The notes beneath the pieces were generated by a model. It ran no database searches, was not told the DNA's origin, and saw only the letters and a list, made by a program, of their open reading frames with translations. Positions 60,715 to 64,000 of a stretch of DNA of 64,000 nt are shown here, one piece after another. Origin of the DNA: Chiloscyllium plagiosum (taxonomy: Eukaryota). How positions within the stretch are numbered: the first letter of the stretch is position 1; every line of letters starts with the position of its first letter. The position numbers and the translations under genes were made by a program. The DNA lies in the NCBI RefSeq assembly GCF_004010195.1, contig NC_057719.1, positions 38,701,733-38,765,732 of the forward strand, given 5' to 3'.

Positions 60715-61643
60715 CAGATAGTCAACATGATTTCGTCAAGGCAGGTCATGTCTCACAAACCTCATTGAGTTTTTTGAGAAGGTGACCAAGCATGTAGATG
60801 AGGGTAGGGCAGTTGATGTGGTATACATGGACTTCAGTAAAGCCTTTGAGAAGGTTCCACATGGTAGGCTAATGGAGAAAATGCAGAGGCGTGGAATTGA
60901 GGGTGATTTAGCAGTTTGAATTAGAAACTGGCTTTCTGAAAGAAGGCAGCGAGTGGTGGTTGATGGAAAATATTCAGTCTGGAGTCGGGTTACTAGTGGT
61001 GTGCCATAAGATCTGTTTTGGGAACTGCTGTTTGTCATTTTTATAAATGACTTAGACACAGGCATAGGTGGATGGATTAGTAAATTTGCAGATGATACTA
61101 AAGTCGGTGGAGTAGTGGATAGTTTGGAAGAATGTTACAGGTTGCAGGGGAACTTGGATAAACTGCAGAATTGGGCTGAGAGGTGGCAAATGGAATTCAA
61201 TGCAGCTAAATGTGAGGTGATGTACTTTGGGAAGAATAACAGGAAGGCAGAGTAGTGGGTCAATGGAAAGAAGGCTAAGGGGGGATTTGATAGAGACATA
61301 CAAGATGATCAGAGGATTAGATAGGGTAAACAGTGAAAGACTTTTTCCTAGGATGATGACATCAGCTTGTATGAGAGGGCATAACTACAAATTGAGGGGT
61401 GATAGATTTAAGACAGATGTCAGAGGCAGTTCTTTACGCAGAGAGTGGTAAGGGCGTGGAATGCCCTACCTGCCAATGTAGTCAACTCAGCCACATTAGG
61501 GAGATTTAAACAATCCTTGGATAAGCACATGAATGATTTTGGGATAGTGTAGGGGGACGAACTGAGAATAGTTCACAGGTCGGTGCAACATTGAGGGCTG
61601 AAGGGCCTGTTCTGCGCTGTGTTGTTCTATGTTCTATGTTCTA
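60715..61643 (+). mobile_element. 5'-truncated CR1-type LINE with internal deletion at ~61270
   Basis: SCLTNLIEFFE, DVVYMDFSKAFEKVPH, SKFADDTK, RRLRGDLIETYKM; (ttctatg)n tail. Confidence 0.92.
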
Positions 61644-64000
61644 AGACAGATCAGTGTAGGAAATATGGCACTGAATATGTATACAGGAAGATTCTACAAA
61701 TTGCAATATAATAATGACCACATAATATATAGGTTTCAAATCTGACTTGTCAAATCTCGTTTTGTTTAGTAAGATGGTCTTTTATGGAAATACAGGTGCA
61801 TAATGCTGCAGATTTTGTTGTAACAAAGGAAAGTATGTTGTGCAAAAAAAAAGGAGGTAAAATAGAAAAATGGAGCTATTTACGTATACACTAAGGCATT
61901 CAGGAATAAATATCAACTAGGACACAAAGAAGAACTGCTTTGTTCCATTTCAAAATAGTATCATGTGATCATTTATTCACATGTGAGATAACATCTGAAA
62001 GGTGGCACCTCAAAGAATCCAGTGTTCCCTAAACTGCTGAACTGGACCATCAACATTGATAATGGTCTATAGTTTCTGGAATGAAACTTGAACCCACCAA
62101 ATTCTCAGACATTAAATTCTTCACATTTTAAGCTAAATTTATTTTACATTCACATAGATATTTGGAAAGTTGAGTCATGGAGCTGCAGGTATTTGAGTAA
62201 ACATTTACCATTGGCTTAATTTACAAGAATTGAATTGATCATCCAAAATGAAATTTGAGACTGAAGTTCTAAAACCCATTTGGTGAACTAAAAATACCAA
62301 AAATGAATCGTTTGTTATGATTTGTATTAGAACACTTTGAAGAGACAAAAATAGTTTCTGAATGTTCTTTATTTTAGAGAAATATTAACATTAAACATTT
62401 TTAGTTAATTAAGAGTCTATTAGGAAGATCCTTTGAGGTCTAGAGCAGCACTTGTCACTTAATTGAATATTTTAATTAAGAAAAATTCTCATGTTATAAT
62501 TATTCCATTTGTTCTTTTATAAGATGTAGAAGCATCAGCTGACAGGTTTTAATTTTTGGTGTTTTATGGCCTACAATGGGTGCAGTTTGAAAGCTGCAAT
62601 GACTATTTATTATTCAATGAATTCACATTTGAACAGAACCTTCCAGAAAACAAGCACATCAAAGCAGAGCACGTGTCATTCTTTAAATCTTTATTTATGA
62701 AAGCTCTCTCTGTAAAAATGCAAATCTGAAGAATAATTGATTGTACAATAATCAGCACTTTTTTGAAAGAACCTGAATTCTAAATAATTTTCGAGCCTAT
62801 GGGGGATTTTAACATGATTGTTATGATCACTGGATAAGTCAGATCCCAGATTTGACAGATCTTGTTTTGTTTTGTTTTGGTTTAATGATGCAATCTTTCA
62901 TGGAAACACAGGTATGTATTGCAGCAGATTTGGCAGTATCAAAAACTGGAAGTAAGTTATGCAAAAGAAAGAGAGACAAAAAATGATAAATATTACACAA
63001 TATGAAAGATTTTGAAGCACCCAGTAAAAATACAATTCCATTCATCTTATCATCAATTTACAGTACTCAATCATCAGAGAGAGTTAATTTCTGTGTCATA
63101 GCTATAGACTTAACTGTTCCTTTCAATTTTGGTTTCGAGAGTCTAATGGGAGTTATGAAGATGATTGTGTGACATATCCCGCATTACTTCTGTGCGATTT
63201 CCAATTTTTAAGCACACATCTGGTTTGTGACTAAGCTTTCTGGCCAAAGTTGGTGATATCTTATTTTGCTAAACAGGGTCTGATGACATAATATCAGCAA
63301 TTTTAATTTCCACCTGGGTGGGTAAGGCACAGTTATAGGGCGAAGTGTAGGCCAGCATGAAGCTGAAGAAGCTCTGGGTAGAATCTTCCCAGTGCTGAAC
63401 AATGTGAGCAATGGCAAAGAGTTGGGAAATCACATGACAGCAGCAGTAAGGAGGATCTCAATATCGAGAGCAGTCTCATTTTCCAACCAAGTATTAAAGT
63501 GTGGGATTCACCGTAGCGGTCAGCAAAAGGCCTATTTTCATGCTTTCTCATCCTCATTATTACACCATCTCACTTTATTGCTATGTAGTTTCTCAATCTT
63601 GCACACATTGGATATGAAGTAGAAGTCAGAGTGGTAACGTAGTGATTCCAGCTCACAGTTTGCTCTTCTGGTCCTCTATATTGGACACCACTCACCAACA
63701 TTTCAGGATACAGTCCATGGGCAGTGGCTGCATATACCACCACCTCCCCTCTCCAATTCTCCATTCTGCTAGGGCCTCCAGATCCCTATTGGCAAAGCGG
63801 GGGTGACAAAGTTTCCCCTGTCCAAACATTGTCTGGGACAATTGACTGTGCAGGGCTGCTGTGGGCTGTCAGCACTTGAGAGGGTGCTCAGCTGAGCTTT
63901 TAAGACAATGTCAGGCCAGGAGATCCTGAGAGTGGCTGGTACTTCTGCCTGTGGTAGTGGAAGAACAGAATGAGCAGCATGCCATGGGGAATGGTGATGG

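Overview
Eukaryotic, repeat-dominated window with no recognisable host protein-coding exon. The repeat content (an HE1/V-SINE-like element, HER1/CR1-type LINEs with an esterase ORF1, a Deu-domain SINE) points to a cartilaginous fish, most likely a shark; this is inferred from repeat families. It holds about 15 CR1-type LINE copies (two near full length, at about 20.9-24.8 kb and 47.7-52.0 kb), a decayed near-full-length Tx1-clade LINE (about 33-41.2 kb), a fossil Gypsy element, a fossil PIF/Harbinger transposase, an L1 3' end, SINEs and an 831-N assembly gap. The most interesting signal is a set of Penelope-like element (PLE) 3' ends from at least three sequence families. They carry minimal type-I hammerhead ribozyme motifs and are repeatedly inserted as short fold-back units flanked by 12-17 bp target-site duplications, with one arm always 32-45 nt longer than the other. 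A roughly 950 bp inversion with a 26-bp inverted breakpoint duplication can also be reconstructed from the sequence. Family assignments come from motif recognition by eye, and element boundaries are approximate unless defined by a TSD.
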